Shown: piece by piece, positions 56,218 to 64,000 of the stretch
Layout of the letters: the number at the start of each line of letters is the position of its first letter
Numbering within the stretch: the first letter of the stretch is position 1
Virus record (IMG/VR): IMGVR_UViG_3300023179_004149
Location: 186,001-250,000 of that record
Strand: one strand, 5' to 3'
Length of the DNA stretch: 64,000 nucleotides
The notes under the pieces: generated by a model
The model's database searches: none
What the model saw: only the letters and a program-made list of their open reading frames with translations
What the model was told of the DNA's origin: nothing
Position numbers and translations under genes: made by a program

Positions 56218-56606
56218 GATAATTTTTCTTTGAACTCGTTAGCAATTTGTGTCGCTTCTGGGTTGTTAACGTCCTTTACACCGTTACACATCCATGCTTC
56301 CACCGTCATGTGGCGTAGGTAATCTTGTGGTGTCGGCACGAACTTCATTCGGAAATCCTCTAAGATATGCAACATGGCAATATCAACCGTATCAACACTC
56401 TTACCGTCAGAGTTAGTAATGTTATACCCGAATATCTTTGGAATGATATTGTAGGCGAACCATGTGTTGTGAGTGAGGAAACGTGAGGTGTTGTTATTCA
56501 TAGCACCCTTTGGGCTATCAATAAGTTCGTGGATTGCCAGATAGTCCTCTGGTTTGCCACCCCAACGCTTAACGCTTGATTTTGAGTGGATAAGTGGATT
56601 TGCCAT
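56196..56606 (-). CDS. DUF6915-like protein
   Basis: MANPLIHSKSS..RWGG.PEDYL.IH..ID, HN.WF, ITNSDG, HILED...PT..DYL. Family name recalled from memory. Confidence 0.7.
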   Translation of the reverse strand: MANPLIHSKSSVKRWGGKPEDYLAIHELIDSPKGAMNNNTSRFLTHNTWFAYNIIPKIFGYNITNSDGKSVDTVDIAMLHILEDFRMKFVPTPQDYLRHMTVEAWMCNGVKDVNNPEATQIANEFKEKLSCLKETI

Positions 56607-56660
56607 GTTGTTGTGTTTTGTTTATGCAAAGGTAATTAACTTTCTGATACCACCAAAATA

Positions 56661-56924
56661 TTAATCACATATCTGGGTGATAGACCTTTGGAATGGATTA
56701 TATTCAACTTGTCGTCCCATTACCCAATCACCCCTGTCAACTTTCAGGGCTTTGTGTTCGTTGCTGAACGAGCCATCTGGCTGCTCATGTCTTAGTACGC
56801 TATCGTCTTTCACCACAACCTTGCCAAACTGTGGGTTGGCTGTGTCGGTTGCAAACGAGCCGTACAATGTGTGCTGATTAGCACCTTCCCCCTTCAAAAG
56901 GGTGTGTTTTGTCATGTGTTGCAT
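56661..56924 (-). CDS. Small His-containing beta-type hypothetical protein
   Basis: KGEG.NQH, LRHEQ...EHKAL.V..G.W...QVEY.P. Confidence 0.65.
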   Translation of the reverse strand: MQHMTKHTLLKGEGANQHTLYGSFATDTANPQFGKVVVKDDSVLRHEQPDGSFSNEHKALKVDRGDWVMGRQVEYNPFQRSITQICD

Positions 56925-56978
56925 ATTGTATATTGTTTTGTTCTGCAAAGGTAATAAAAGAAAATTAAACCACCAAAT

Positions 56979-57203
56979 TTAATTTATCTGGCTTATCTGG
57001 CGACCATACGCCCAATGTCCGTTATCAAGGTCAACAGTAATATTACCATTCTTTACCGTTGCCCAATCAACCGAATCAACAGGTTTACCATACTTCTCAC
57101 CAGACTTACACACCTCAATACCTTCCACTTTAGCAGTCTTGGCTGGTTCGCTACCGAAACCACCACGCCATAATACTGCGTCTCCTACTTTAAGTTTTGC
57201 CAT
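56979..57203 (-). CDS. Small hypothetical protein
   Basis: Cassette at 57223. Confidence 0.7.
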   Translation of the reverse strand: MAKLKVGDAVLWRGGFGSEPAKTAKVEGIEVCKSGEKYGKPVDSVDWATVKNGNITVDLDNGHWAYGRQISQIN

Positions 57204-57345
57204 TTGTTTATGATTTAGATTGCAAAGGTAAACTAACTTTCTGATACCACCAAATTTATTTTATTCTGGGGATCTACCAGGTGCCTTAAAATGAGATAGG
57301 GTTAACCGTTAAAGTTAACCCATACCCCACCAAAACACAACTTCT

Positions 57346-57780
57346 TTATGTTGTGACCTCTTCCGTTTTATACTTTTTAATAAAGTCGGCGGGGTCCCCA
57401 TCGAACAATACTTTTTTCGGCACATCGATACACTTCATGGTGAGTTTCTTGGTATCATCGTCATATATAACGTGGTAATGGTAATCCTCCCACATATCCT
57501 TATCACCTCCACGGTATACATAGATACCACCCGCACCATCTTTGAAGTCTTTAATGAACTGGGCTATGAGACAATTAAACCCGTTAAACACCCTCTGGTC
57601 TCCCAAACCCACACCATTCACCATTTTACCGCTTAGAAGGAATTCAGCAAGCTCGAGGCCATGACCTTTGGGGTAGCCGTCATAGTGACGGTATACTGTT
57701 ACTATCTTTTCGGTTTTTTTCTTTTGTTTCTCATTATCCGTCCATGTCTGGATAAACGTTGTGAGTGCTCTTGTACCCAT
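57346..57780 (-). CDS. Phage hypothetical protein (MGTR...YRHYDGYP)
   Basis: Cassette at 57800. Confidence 0.75.
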   Translation of the reverse strand: MGTRALTTFIQTWTDNEKQKKKTEKIVTVYRHYDGYPKGHGLELAEFLLSGKMVNGVGLGDQRVFNGFNCLIAQFIKDFKDGAGGIYVYRGGDKDMWEDYHYHVIYDDDTKKLTMKCIDVPKKVLFDGDPADFIKKYKTEEVTT

Positions 57781-57809
57781 GTGTTTTTGATTTAGATAGC
57801 AAAGATAAA

Positions 57810-58076
57810 TTAACTTTCCGATACCACCAAATTTAATTTGGTGGGTTTATACAAGGTTCTTTTCGGTGCGTAAGTGGTATTTACATACGTAGCTCCCCGT
57901 ATACCATGAGTGTTTAGGTAATGCTCCATGTATCTCTTATCATCTTTTCGAATTCTCATAGCTGAAGTCATCCTGGTGGTGTATTCAACGCCATAATTTG
58001 TTAACCTAAGGATCTTTTCACCTCTCTTTGAGGATAGCCCCTCAACCCATACAACATAGTATTCAACCCTCCCCAT
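57810..58076 (-). CDS. Hypothetical protein
   Basis: Coupled to the upstream stop, runs into the next promoter. Confidence 0.55.
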   Translation of the reverse strand: MGRVEYYVVWVEGLSSKRGEKILRLTNYGVEYTTRMTSAMRIRKDDKRYMEHYLNTHGIRGATYVNTTYAPKRTLYKPTKLNLVVSES

Positions 58077-58077
58077 A

Positions 58078-58371
58078 TTACCAAATGTTTTTTAAGTTTG
58101 TTTTAGTCTTTATCCACTCCATAATCTGGTCGGCATAGTAACTGGTGGTTAAGTCACCCAGAAACATAAACAACCCACGGGGTGCATCGCTATTATTCGT
58201 ATTGAATGTAGCTCTGGTGAATTCCTTCGCCTTACTCTGGTCACTGCTTTTACGTGTACCTGTAGACATATCCCACTCCTTACCGATAACAGTAATATTA
58301 TCACCTTTGGTGTCAACAGTGATAACCCCACCCTTACATAGCTCTCCGAGCTTCCAAGTTTTAGTTGCCAT
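58078..58371 (-). CDS. Hypothetical protein
   Basis: Start MATKTW downstream of the -7 box at 58391. Confidence 0.7.
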   Translation of the reverse strand: MATKTWKLGELCKGGVITVDTKGDNITVIGKEWDMSTGTRKSSDQSKAKEFTRATFNTNNSDAPRGLFMFLGDLTTSYYADQIMEWIKTKTNLKNIW

Positions 58372-58480
58372 ATCGCTTTTGATTATGGTGCAAATGTATA
58401 ACAACTTTGCCAGAAAAAAAAATTAATTTTATTTTGTTGATTCGAATAAGATTCGTAACTTTACTTAAAATTCAAAGGTT

Positions 58481-58714
58481 ATGGCAAAAAACACAAGCAT
58501 TACACCAAGCCAAGTTAAGGCGATAAAAACGGTGGTTAGACAGTACATCTCTGATGAACGCAGGGGTTGTTCAGAGTGTCTACTGGATGAGGGTATTGTC
58601 GATGAAGACGATGAAGACATCGATTCTATGACAGATGAAGAATTCTATGAAAAGTATCATGCTGATTATGACCACATCTGGTTTTATTTGTATGAGTTAT
58701 CACAAATAGAATAA
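58481..58714 (+). CDS. Small acidic hypothetical protein
   Basis: First gene of the rightward arm. Confidence 0.65.
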   Translation: MAKNTSITPSQVKAIKTVVRQYISDERRGCSECLLDEGIVDEDDEDIDSMTDEEFYEKYHADYDHIWFYLYELSQIE

Positions 58715-58876
58715 ATTTGGTGGTTAGAAATAACCACCTTATTTTTGTGTCCTTAAGTGATAAACAACATGGCTAAAATATTCTCAGCTCCGTCCAGGAT
58801 TAAAAGGATCTCACTAAAAATAAATTTGGTGGTTAACTTTTTTATTCCTACATTTGCATTCTAATTAGGTAAAATA

Positions 58877-59098
58877 ATGAACACAGCTTTAACGAACTAC
58901 ATTATTAATTCAATACACGAAGGTTACACTGTTGCACAATCTAAATTATTGCGTAACACATATAACTTAACAAGGCATGGTCAAAAAATGATTGTGTTTC
59001 AAGGATGGCAATCCGACAATACGGGGTGGTACGCCTGCTTAGTTGATAATCACGGGGCTTCTGGTGCGCGAACCAGCGAACCAATAAAAATTGCATAA
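58877..59098 (+). CDS. Small hypothetical protein
   Basis: Cassette at 58825-58856. Confidence 0.6.
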   Translation: MNTALTNYIINSIHEGYTVAQSKLLRNTYNLTRHGQKMIVFQGWQSDNTGWYACLVDNHGASGARTSEPIKIA

Positions 59099-59120
59099 GA
59101 CACCATCAAAAACAAAAAAC

Positions 59121-59315
59121 ATGAAACCAGCAGAACAAACTTACAACGCAATTGATGAGCAAGTAAAGGCGTTAACAAACGAAATTTGCGAGAAACTTTT
59201 ACCAAACGGCACAACCTTTATGCAGCGGCTATTTGTTGCTAATACTTTGAAAAGGATGGCTCAGACCACAAAAATGGAAATGGTCAAACATATGACCACC
59301 AAATTCAACGTTTAG
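59121..59315 (+). CDS. Small hypothetical protein
   Basis: A-rich 5'UTR then MKPAEQ. Confidence 0.6.
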   Translation: MKPAEQTYNAIDEQVKALTNEICEKLLPNGTTFMQRLFVANTLKRMAQTTKMEMVKHMTTKFNV

Positions 59316-59392
59316 GCTAAGGTAGCCTAACAAAGTAAAAATAAATTTGGCGGTTAACTTTTTTATGCTTACCTTTGCAAAAACACAACAGT

Positions 59393-59644
59393 ATGCAACT
59401 CTTAAACGTAATCAGTATTCATAACGGTATCGTGCACGCCATTCACTCCTTCGCGGTACACAACCATGATGAACATCCGAATTTACCAGTGGAAGAGGCG
59501 GAGAAAACATTCGAGGAAGAAATCAGGTCTTATGCTTCTGATGTAACCGATGAGGATATTGAAGATGCAATCGAAAACGGCTCATGGGATGATAATAACG
59601 GACATGAGGTATTATTAACGTGGTCAACAACCGTAAACGAATAA
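59393..59644 (+). CDS. Small acidic hypothetical protein
   Basis: Start MQLLNV downstream of the cassette at 59346-59377. Confidence 0.65.
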   Translation: MQLLNVISIHNGIVHAIHSFAVHNHDEHPNLPVEEAEKTFEEEIRSYASDVTDEDIEDAIENGSWDDNNGHEVLLTWSTTVNE

Positions 59645-59645
59645 T

Positions 59646-59954
59646 ATGGCAATGACAGGACACTTTCTGGACTTCTTCTTAGAAGTGGCCAGAGTAAGAG
59701 GCAACATGATTGCCGAAATCTATTCAATGACCAACGGCGGTTCTGACATTACCTGTAACGACGGCGATTTTGCCATCAGCAGAAAGGATGATGAATATAC
59801 CATTGCTACGGTGTTCCATTCACCTATCGACGATAAAACGTATGTGAAAGCAGATGACGGTACGGTGTTTGAAATCAGTGAGCTTTCAACCGATGACCTT
59901 GTAGCTCTTTATGAATTCGTGTTCGGGTATCTGCACCCCGATCAAAGCGAATAA
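59646..59954 (+). CDS. Hypothetical protein
   Basis: Coupled ORF. Confidence 0.65.
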   Translation: MAMTGHFLDFFLEVARVRGNMIAEIYSMTNGGSDITCNDGDFAISRKDDEYTIATVFHSPIDDKTYVKADDGTVFEISELSTDDLVALYEFVFGYLHPDQSE

Positions 59955-59978
59955 TTACATCTTTAACAACAACACATA

Positions 59979-60164
59979 ATGGGCACACTGGAAAAAATAA
60001 AAGCGCATGGGCAAGAACTCTGCCTGCGACTGAAAGCGGGGGAAAAGCTAACAGCTGATGAACTTGCTACCGCTAATATGTACCTATCGCTTTATGGGGG
60101 TAAAGCGGGGAATGCTGGCAAACGCATCACCACTGAAACAAAGCAAAGAAACAAGGCGAGGTAA
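59979..60164 (+). CDS. Small hypothetical protein
   Basis: A-rich UTR, co-directional run. Confidence 0.55.
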   Translation: MGTLEKIKAHGQELCLRLKAGEKLTADELATANMYLSLYGGKAGNAGKRITTETKQRNKAR

Positions 60165-60177
60165 CGAATAACAACAT

Positions 60178-60348
60178 ATGAAACCAACAATCTATAGTGT
60201 GGTAACTCTCCGTAGGCTCATCCAGAAGAATCAATCCAAGGAATTGGGGGTGTTTTACGGTAAATATGATTTACGTGGTAAAGCCTTTCGTGAATTGAAT
60301 AGATTTATGCTAGAACAACATTTACAACTTTTAAAATCCGCAATATGA
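60178..60348 (+). CDS. Small hypothetical protein (56 aa, not in ORF track)
   Basis: MKPTIYSVVTLRRLIQKNQSKELG..., with an ATGA overlap with the next gene. Confidence 0.55.
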   Translation: MKPTIYSVVTLRRLIQKNQSKELGVFYGKYDLRGKAFRELNRFMLEQHLQLLKSAI

Positions 60349-60533
60349 ACCACACAGTAGCAATGGCAATAGTAAAATCAGTTTATCCAAAAGCAACTTA
60401 TGTGAAATTTGTAAATTCTGAATATTTACATCATATTCGATTATACACGAATTCTTATCCATATATCAGAAGTCTCGGCGTAAGCGACATTTCTGAAGAG
60501 AATGCATGGATTGACGCCGCAAAAAAGATTTAA
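60345..60533 (+). CDS. Small hypothetical protein
   Basis: Coupled ORF. Confidence 0.55.
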   Translation: MNHTVAMAIVKSVYPKATYVKFVNSEYLHHIRLYTNSYPYIRSLGVSDISEENAWIDAAKKI

Positions 60534-60690
60534 ACAACCAAATAAATACCATAGCGGCGACTTATACCCACAACACACCAAACTTGTAATGGATCGGCTT
60601 TGGGTTATTTTTGAAATATGGTTTGGTTATGTCAATAAAAAGATTTAATTTTACAACGCAATATTGCAAATACAATTAAATTTTATCACA

Positions 60691-61320
60691 TTGCACAAAG
60701 GAGTAATACTCATCGTTAAGGCTGATGATGCCAACGAAGCACAAGAGAAGGTGGAAGAATTCCTCGAGATGTACAACGGAGTGGTTTGGGACTGGTACGT
60801 AATCGGTGGAAGGTGGTCTGGCATACTGAACAAACTGAATCAACGGTTTTTGACCGCTGCGAATCGGTTCATGGCTAAAAAATGCAAGGTTAAGACCAAA
60901 GAACTCAGGGTAACCGATAAACTATTGAAAGAATGTGCCAATGACCTTAATGCTATCTGGGAAAAGATGGGTGGCACAGGTAGTAACCCTTATGAACGTA
61001 AGTGCGGCACTGACATTATGCCACTATCTGAGTGTACCGATATTGTAAAGAAGTGGAAGCGTGACCTTGTAAAAGAAGCTAACAAAGCGTTTCGCCAGCT
61101 CTGCATAGAGCGTAAAAAAGAACGTGAAGCCCGTATGCGCGGAGATAAACACTGCGGTTTTTTATCTGCGTACCATGCAGGTTTGTACAAGGATGCGGTG
61201 TTTGATAGTTTCTGCTTCGAGAGCAATACTTATGACATTGATGTTTCCACAAATGACCCAACCAAAGCACTGGATAACCCAGAAGGTCGCTGGGCGGTGA
61301 TTGTCGACCTACACAATTAA
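60691..61320 (+). CDS. Phage hypothetical protein (WDWYVIGGRWSG motif)
   Basis: Probable TTG start giving MHKGVILIVKA. Confidence 0.7.
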   Translation: MHKGVILIVKADDANEAQEKVEEFLEMYNGVVWDWYVIGGRWSGILNKLNQRFLTAANRFMAKKCKVKTKELRVTDKLLKECANDLNAIWEKMGGTGSNPYERKCGTDIMPLSECTDIVKKWKRDLVKEANKAFRQLCIERKKEREARMRGDKHCGFLSAYHAGLYKDAVFDSFCFESNTYDIDVSTNDPTKALDNPEGRWAVIVDLHN

Positions 61321-61335
61321 TATCTACACTTCTAT

Positions 61336-61366
61336 AACTGGTGTGGGTGTCTCGCTCACACCAGTT
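61336..61366 (+). terminator. Intrinsic terminator
   Basis: aactggtgtg...cacaccagtt plus T-run. Confidence 0.8.
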
Positions 61367-61404
61367 TTTTTATCTCTTTATTTTCATTAACAAACAAATC
61401 CACA

Positions 61405-61512
61405 ATGGCCAAATCAAGTTCGAAAGTAAAAATCACCAAAACATCTTACTCTTTCACCAGGAAACCAAAGCTTAAACAGGGTGGTATACCGAAACCCAGC
61501 AAAAAAAGATGA
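61405..61512 (+). CDS. Small basic peptide (35 aa, not in ORF track)
   Basis: MAKSSSKVKITKTSYSFTRKPKLKQGGIPKPSKKR after an A/C-rich UTR. Confidence 0.4.
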   Translation: MAKSSSKVKITKTSYSFTRKPKLKQGGIPKPSKKR

Positions 61513-61591
61513 CCAGACTCTTGGTTCTGTGGTATACAAAAACAATTTGGTGGTTTCAAAATAATTTCCTACTTTTGTAAAAAATTTAAAT

Positions 61592-62200
61592 ATGCTTACG
61601 TTTGAAGTTGTTTCAGGTGAGATTGTTATTAGTGACCCGTGTTATAGCATTGAACCGCCTACCTGGTGTGCTGGTACGGTAAAAGCAAAGAACGGCACTT
61701 GGGGTGTCTATTATCAAACGGATGACAGGGGTGACCACATTACAGAAATCTGGGCTTATAGCCTCGATGCTGCGGTGAACCGCCCACACATCCCAGATGA
61801 ACTCACTCAAGCACCACCTCTACCGTTCATTAATGGCGTTGATTCTGGACAGCTCGGTTACTTTGACCGTAGTCACTATCGAAACGATGATTCCGCCAAA
61901 GAACTGGCTAAATACGACTTTGGTGAGGGATATAATTCTCAACCTGGTGATGAGTGGTATCGTGCTATGTGTGAAATCACTTTAAGTAATGAAAGTTTCG
62001 GCGTTACCCCTCACGGTGTAGTTAGCTCGTCAGGTTTTGGTGATGGCTCATACAAAACGCAAGGTATCTTCAACGAAGATGGTGAATGTATCGGTTTACG
62101 TACCGTGTTTATTGAGCAAGATTACGCCGATGATGAGGAAGATTGGTGGGCTCATGAAGAAATACCAGAAGAAGATGAAGACGACGATGACGATAATTAG
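61592..62200 (+). CDS. DUF4241-like acidic protein
   Basis: SGEIVISDPCY, GVDSGQ, SSGFGDGSY. Family name recalled from memory. Confidence 0.7.
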   Translation: MLTFEVVSGEIVISDPCYSIEPPTWCAGTVKAKNGTWGVYYQTDDRGDHITEIWAYSLDAAVNRPHIPDELTQAPPLPFINGVDSGQLGYFDRSHYRNDDSAKELAKYDFGEGYNSQPGDEWYRAMCEITLSNESFGVTPHGVVSSSGFGDGSYKTQGIFNEDGECIGLRTVFIEQDYADDEEDWWAHEEIPEEDEDDDDDN

Positions 62201-62488
62201 CAACCCTACTTTTGCAAAATAACCCCCAAGATAGAAACCTTGGGGGTTATTATTTTTTTTACCAGGATCCAAAATAATTTTGGTAATCCAAAAATTGATT
62301 GTATATTTGTGATGTTATTACTGAAAAAGGTAACGGGCGCACTATGAAACGTGTGAGGAGTTCTAAGTGATCTTATCTTGTTATATTACAAAAAGAAATA
62401 TACAAAATAATATTTGGTGGTGTTGAAAACTCGTTATACATTTGCACAAGAAAACTTAATTATCTCACACTAAAATAAAAACATCGTT

Positions 62489-62977
62489 ATGGTACGTACA
62501 AGATTAACACCAGAGCAGAGAGTACAGGTAGTAACCCTTGCCAATCAGGGTGTGAAACAAGTTGACATAGCCAGAAAATACGGCGTAAGCGAGGCATTGA
62601 TATCATATCATATTACTAAGGCTAAACAAGCCAGAGCCTCTATGACACCAGCCCAGAAAGCATGGGAAACAAGGCGCAAAAACGCCGAACCACATGCCCA
62701 GCCACAGGCGGAAGTAGCCGATGAGGTATCGACACTCTCTCCGCAACAGAAAGCGTGGATAACAAGGCGCAGAGCTGCCATGACACCTGCACAGAAAGCA
62801 TGGGAAACCAGGAAAGCCCAGAACGCCGAAAAGGTAAACAAGCGCACTCGCAAGGTTGCCATACTCGAATCGTTCACCTTCAATGGTACGGTAAAGGTAG
62901 ATAAGGAACTCCTGAAATACCTGCATCGCCATCCAAGTGGTAAGGAAGTAATCTTTGCCAAAACAAAGGTAGGCTAA
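62489..62977 (+). CDS. HTH DNA-binding protein with three KAW(E/I)TRR repeats
   Basis: LTPEQR..V..L..QG....DIARKYGVS...IS HTH, then TPAQKAWETRR, SPQQKAWITRR, TPAQKAWETRK. Confidence 0.75.
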   Translation: MVRTRLTPEQRVQVVTLANQGVKQVDIARKYGVSEALISYHITKAKQARASMTPAQKAWETRRKNAEPHAQPQAEVADEVSTLSPQQKAWITRRRAAMTPAQKAWETRKAQNAEKVNKRTRKVAILESFTFNGTVKVDKELLKYLHRHPSGKEVIFAKTKVG

Positions 62978-63061
62978 ACAAATGGGGAGATTAATTTCTC
63001 CCCACTAAAATTTGGAAAATTAAGTTTCTTATACTAAATTTGCATCCTAAATCAAAACACA

Positions 63062-63808
63062 ATGTTTCATTTCTCATTAGCATCATCAGACAGCAAAGCA
63101 AAAGCAAGGGAGTATTGTGCATCATTCTACAACGGCGAACCTGTATTGTCGGTATCATCTAATACCTTCGGCGAAGTACCTGTATTCTTCGGCGCAGCCA
63201 ATAAAGGTCAGCGTTTCGATTGTGTTGAAATTGACCGTACCACATTCTTATCTGGTCTAAGACCATATAACGAATTGAAGAAGCAATACCCTACTCTTAC
63301 TTACCAGAACAAAGATGTGTTCGATATGGATTTCTCCCAATACAAACGCATCAATCTGGATTTCTGCGGCAACCTGAACAATGCCTTAATGTTCAACCTG
63401 TTCAAACACCTGAAAGACTTTAATGGTAAGGTTTTCATAACTTTGCTGCGTGGTCGGGAACAGTTTGATGTTAGCCACTATGGTGCTAAAAGCAATGCAC
63501 ATTTCAGGGATGTTATCTTTCCCCAGATGATTAAGACCTTTACTGGTCTGGATGTGTACCTGCCTCGCCATGACTATGAGAACTATAAAGAAGGTAGCTC
63601 CAAAGCCTCTCACATGATGATATATTCTTTTATCAGGAATGAAAAAGATGTAAAGGCGAGGGAACACAATAAGAGAAACAGCGATAATATAGATGCTATA
63701 TACAACTATATCGACACACATGAAACATATTGTGTCATGGATGTTGTGAAAGCAACTGGCATCGATAAGGAAACGGTTGAACATTACTTTAAAAAATACC
63801 AACTTTAA
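63062..63808 (+). CDS. Hypothetical protein, possible SAM-dependent methyltransferase fold
   Basis: FDCVEID, NKDVF, INLDFCG resemble class I MTase motifs II-IV, but no clear motif I. Confidence 0.45.
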   Translation: MFHFSLASSDSKAKAREYCASFYNGEPVLSVSSNTFGEVPVFFGAANKGQRFDCVEIDRTTFLSGLRPYNELKKQYPTLTYQNKDVFDMDFSQYKRINLDFCGNLNNALMFNLFKHLKDFNGKVFITLLRGREQFDVSHYGAKSNAHFRDVIFPQMIKTFTGLDVYLPRHDYENYKEGSSKASHMMIYSFIRNEKDVKAREHNKRNSDNIDAIYNYIDTHETYCVMDVVKATGIDKETVEHYFKKYQL

Positions 63809-63812
63809 TTTT

Positions 63813-64000
63813 ATGGGTTACTGTACAGCCTACAAACTTACGGTTCACGTACCACAGGGTGAACCTGTTAATGAGAAAGCCATCCTGGCTGAACTCAAAA
63901 AGAAGAACACGCCAGAACGGGATGCTGAACTCCTGAATCAGTTGAAGCATCAACCCGTTACGGCTCGTTCAATTATTCAGGAACTACGAGAAACAAACCC
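63813..64000 (+). CDS. Hypothetical protein, 3' end outside window
   Basis: MGYCTAYKLTVH..., open to the window end. Confidence 0.6.
   Translation, partial: MGYCTAYKLTVHVPQGEPVNEKAILAELKKKNTPERDAELLNQLKHQPVTARSIIQELRETN

Larger units (their letters stand above)
48265..58398 (-). repeat. Array of ~20 Bacteroidota-type promoter/5'UTR cassettes (minus strand)
   Basis: The -7 box TA(C/T)(C/A)TTTG reads caaa(g/t)(g/a)ta on + at 48265, 48601, 48976, 49625, 50048, 50367, 50406, 50836, 51358, 51674, 52551, 53218, 53945, 54428, 54693, 56627, 56946, 57223, 57800, 58391. Most have TTTG/TTGG about 20 nt upstream. Confidence 0.88.
58716..63042 (+). repeat. Rightward Bacteroidota-type promoter cassettes
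   Basis: TTTG-N~20-TAnnTTTG with -7 boxes at 58740, 58849, 59370, 61570, 62302, 62437, 63035. Confidence 0.85.

Noticed and set aside
48265-63042. Recurring ~35-bp repeats as a CRISPR array
   Set aside because: Spacing is hundreds to thousands of nt with genes between, copies are degenerate, they match a promoter consensus, and there are no cas genes.
63062-63808. DNA methyltransferase responsible for the GATC/CCWGG sites
   Set aside because: No DPPY/NPPY or PC catalytic motif and no clear motif I, so only a weak MTase-fold resemblance.
63890-63910. Apparent frameshift in the last ORF
   Set aside because: Recounting across the line break gives five As and an open frame to the window end.
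1-64000. Stop-codon reassignment (TAG or TGA), as in some jumbo and Bacteroidota phages
   Set aside because: Known genes are full length in the standard code. TAG at 41606 and TGA stops sit next to the following start codon.

Overview
This 64 kb window comes from an AT-rich, T4-like jumbo phage genome, identified by a gp23-type major capsid protein preceded by a prohead scaffold. The host is very probably a Bacteroidota bacterium, because dozens of promoters match the phylum consensus TTTG-N~20-TAnnTTTG and start codons lack Shine-Dalgarno sequences. Layout: (1) 1-25 kb holds head genes, an M20/M28-like peptidase, a lytic transglycosylase, two glycosyltransferases (one with an Aah/TibC-like heptosyltransferase domain), ClpC, a KTSC protein, thyA, a nucleotidyltransferase, a dNMP kinase and an intein-containing UvrD helicase. 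(2) 25-46 kb holds a two-component system and a large cluster of genes whose products share the leader LNEQIxRMKxxMG(L/I)xE fused to different domains (ADP-ribosyltransferase-like, GNAT-like, unknown). (3) ~46.2-46.4 kb is a C-rich/G-rich element at an apparent strand-skew switch. (4) 46.6-64 kb is a divergent array of small genes, most with their own near-identical host-type promoter and 5'UTR cassette, plus two tRNA-like elements. The best candidate for an undescribed system is the leader-tagged cargo set. The leader resembles the C-terminal helix of the scaffold and carries the same (L/I)xE protease motif as the predicted capsid cleavage site, which suggests a capsid-targeting tag used to package and inject many enzymes. 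All domain names were assigned by eye from motifs and need HMM confirmation. No CRISPR array, reverse transcriptase or stop-codon recoding was seen.
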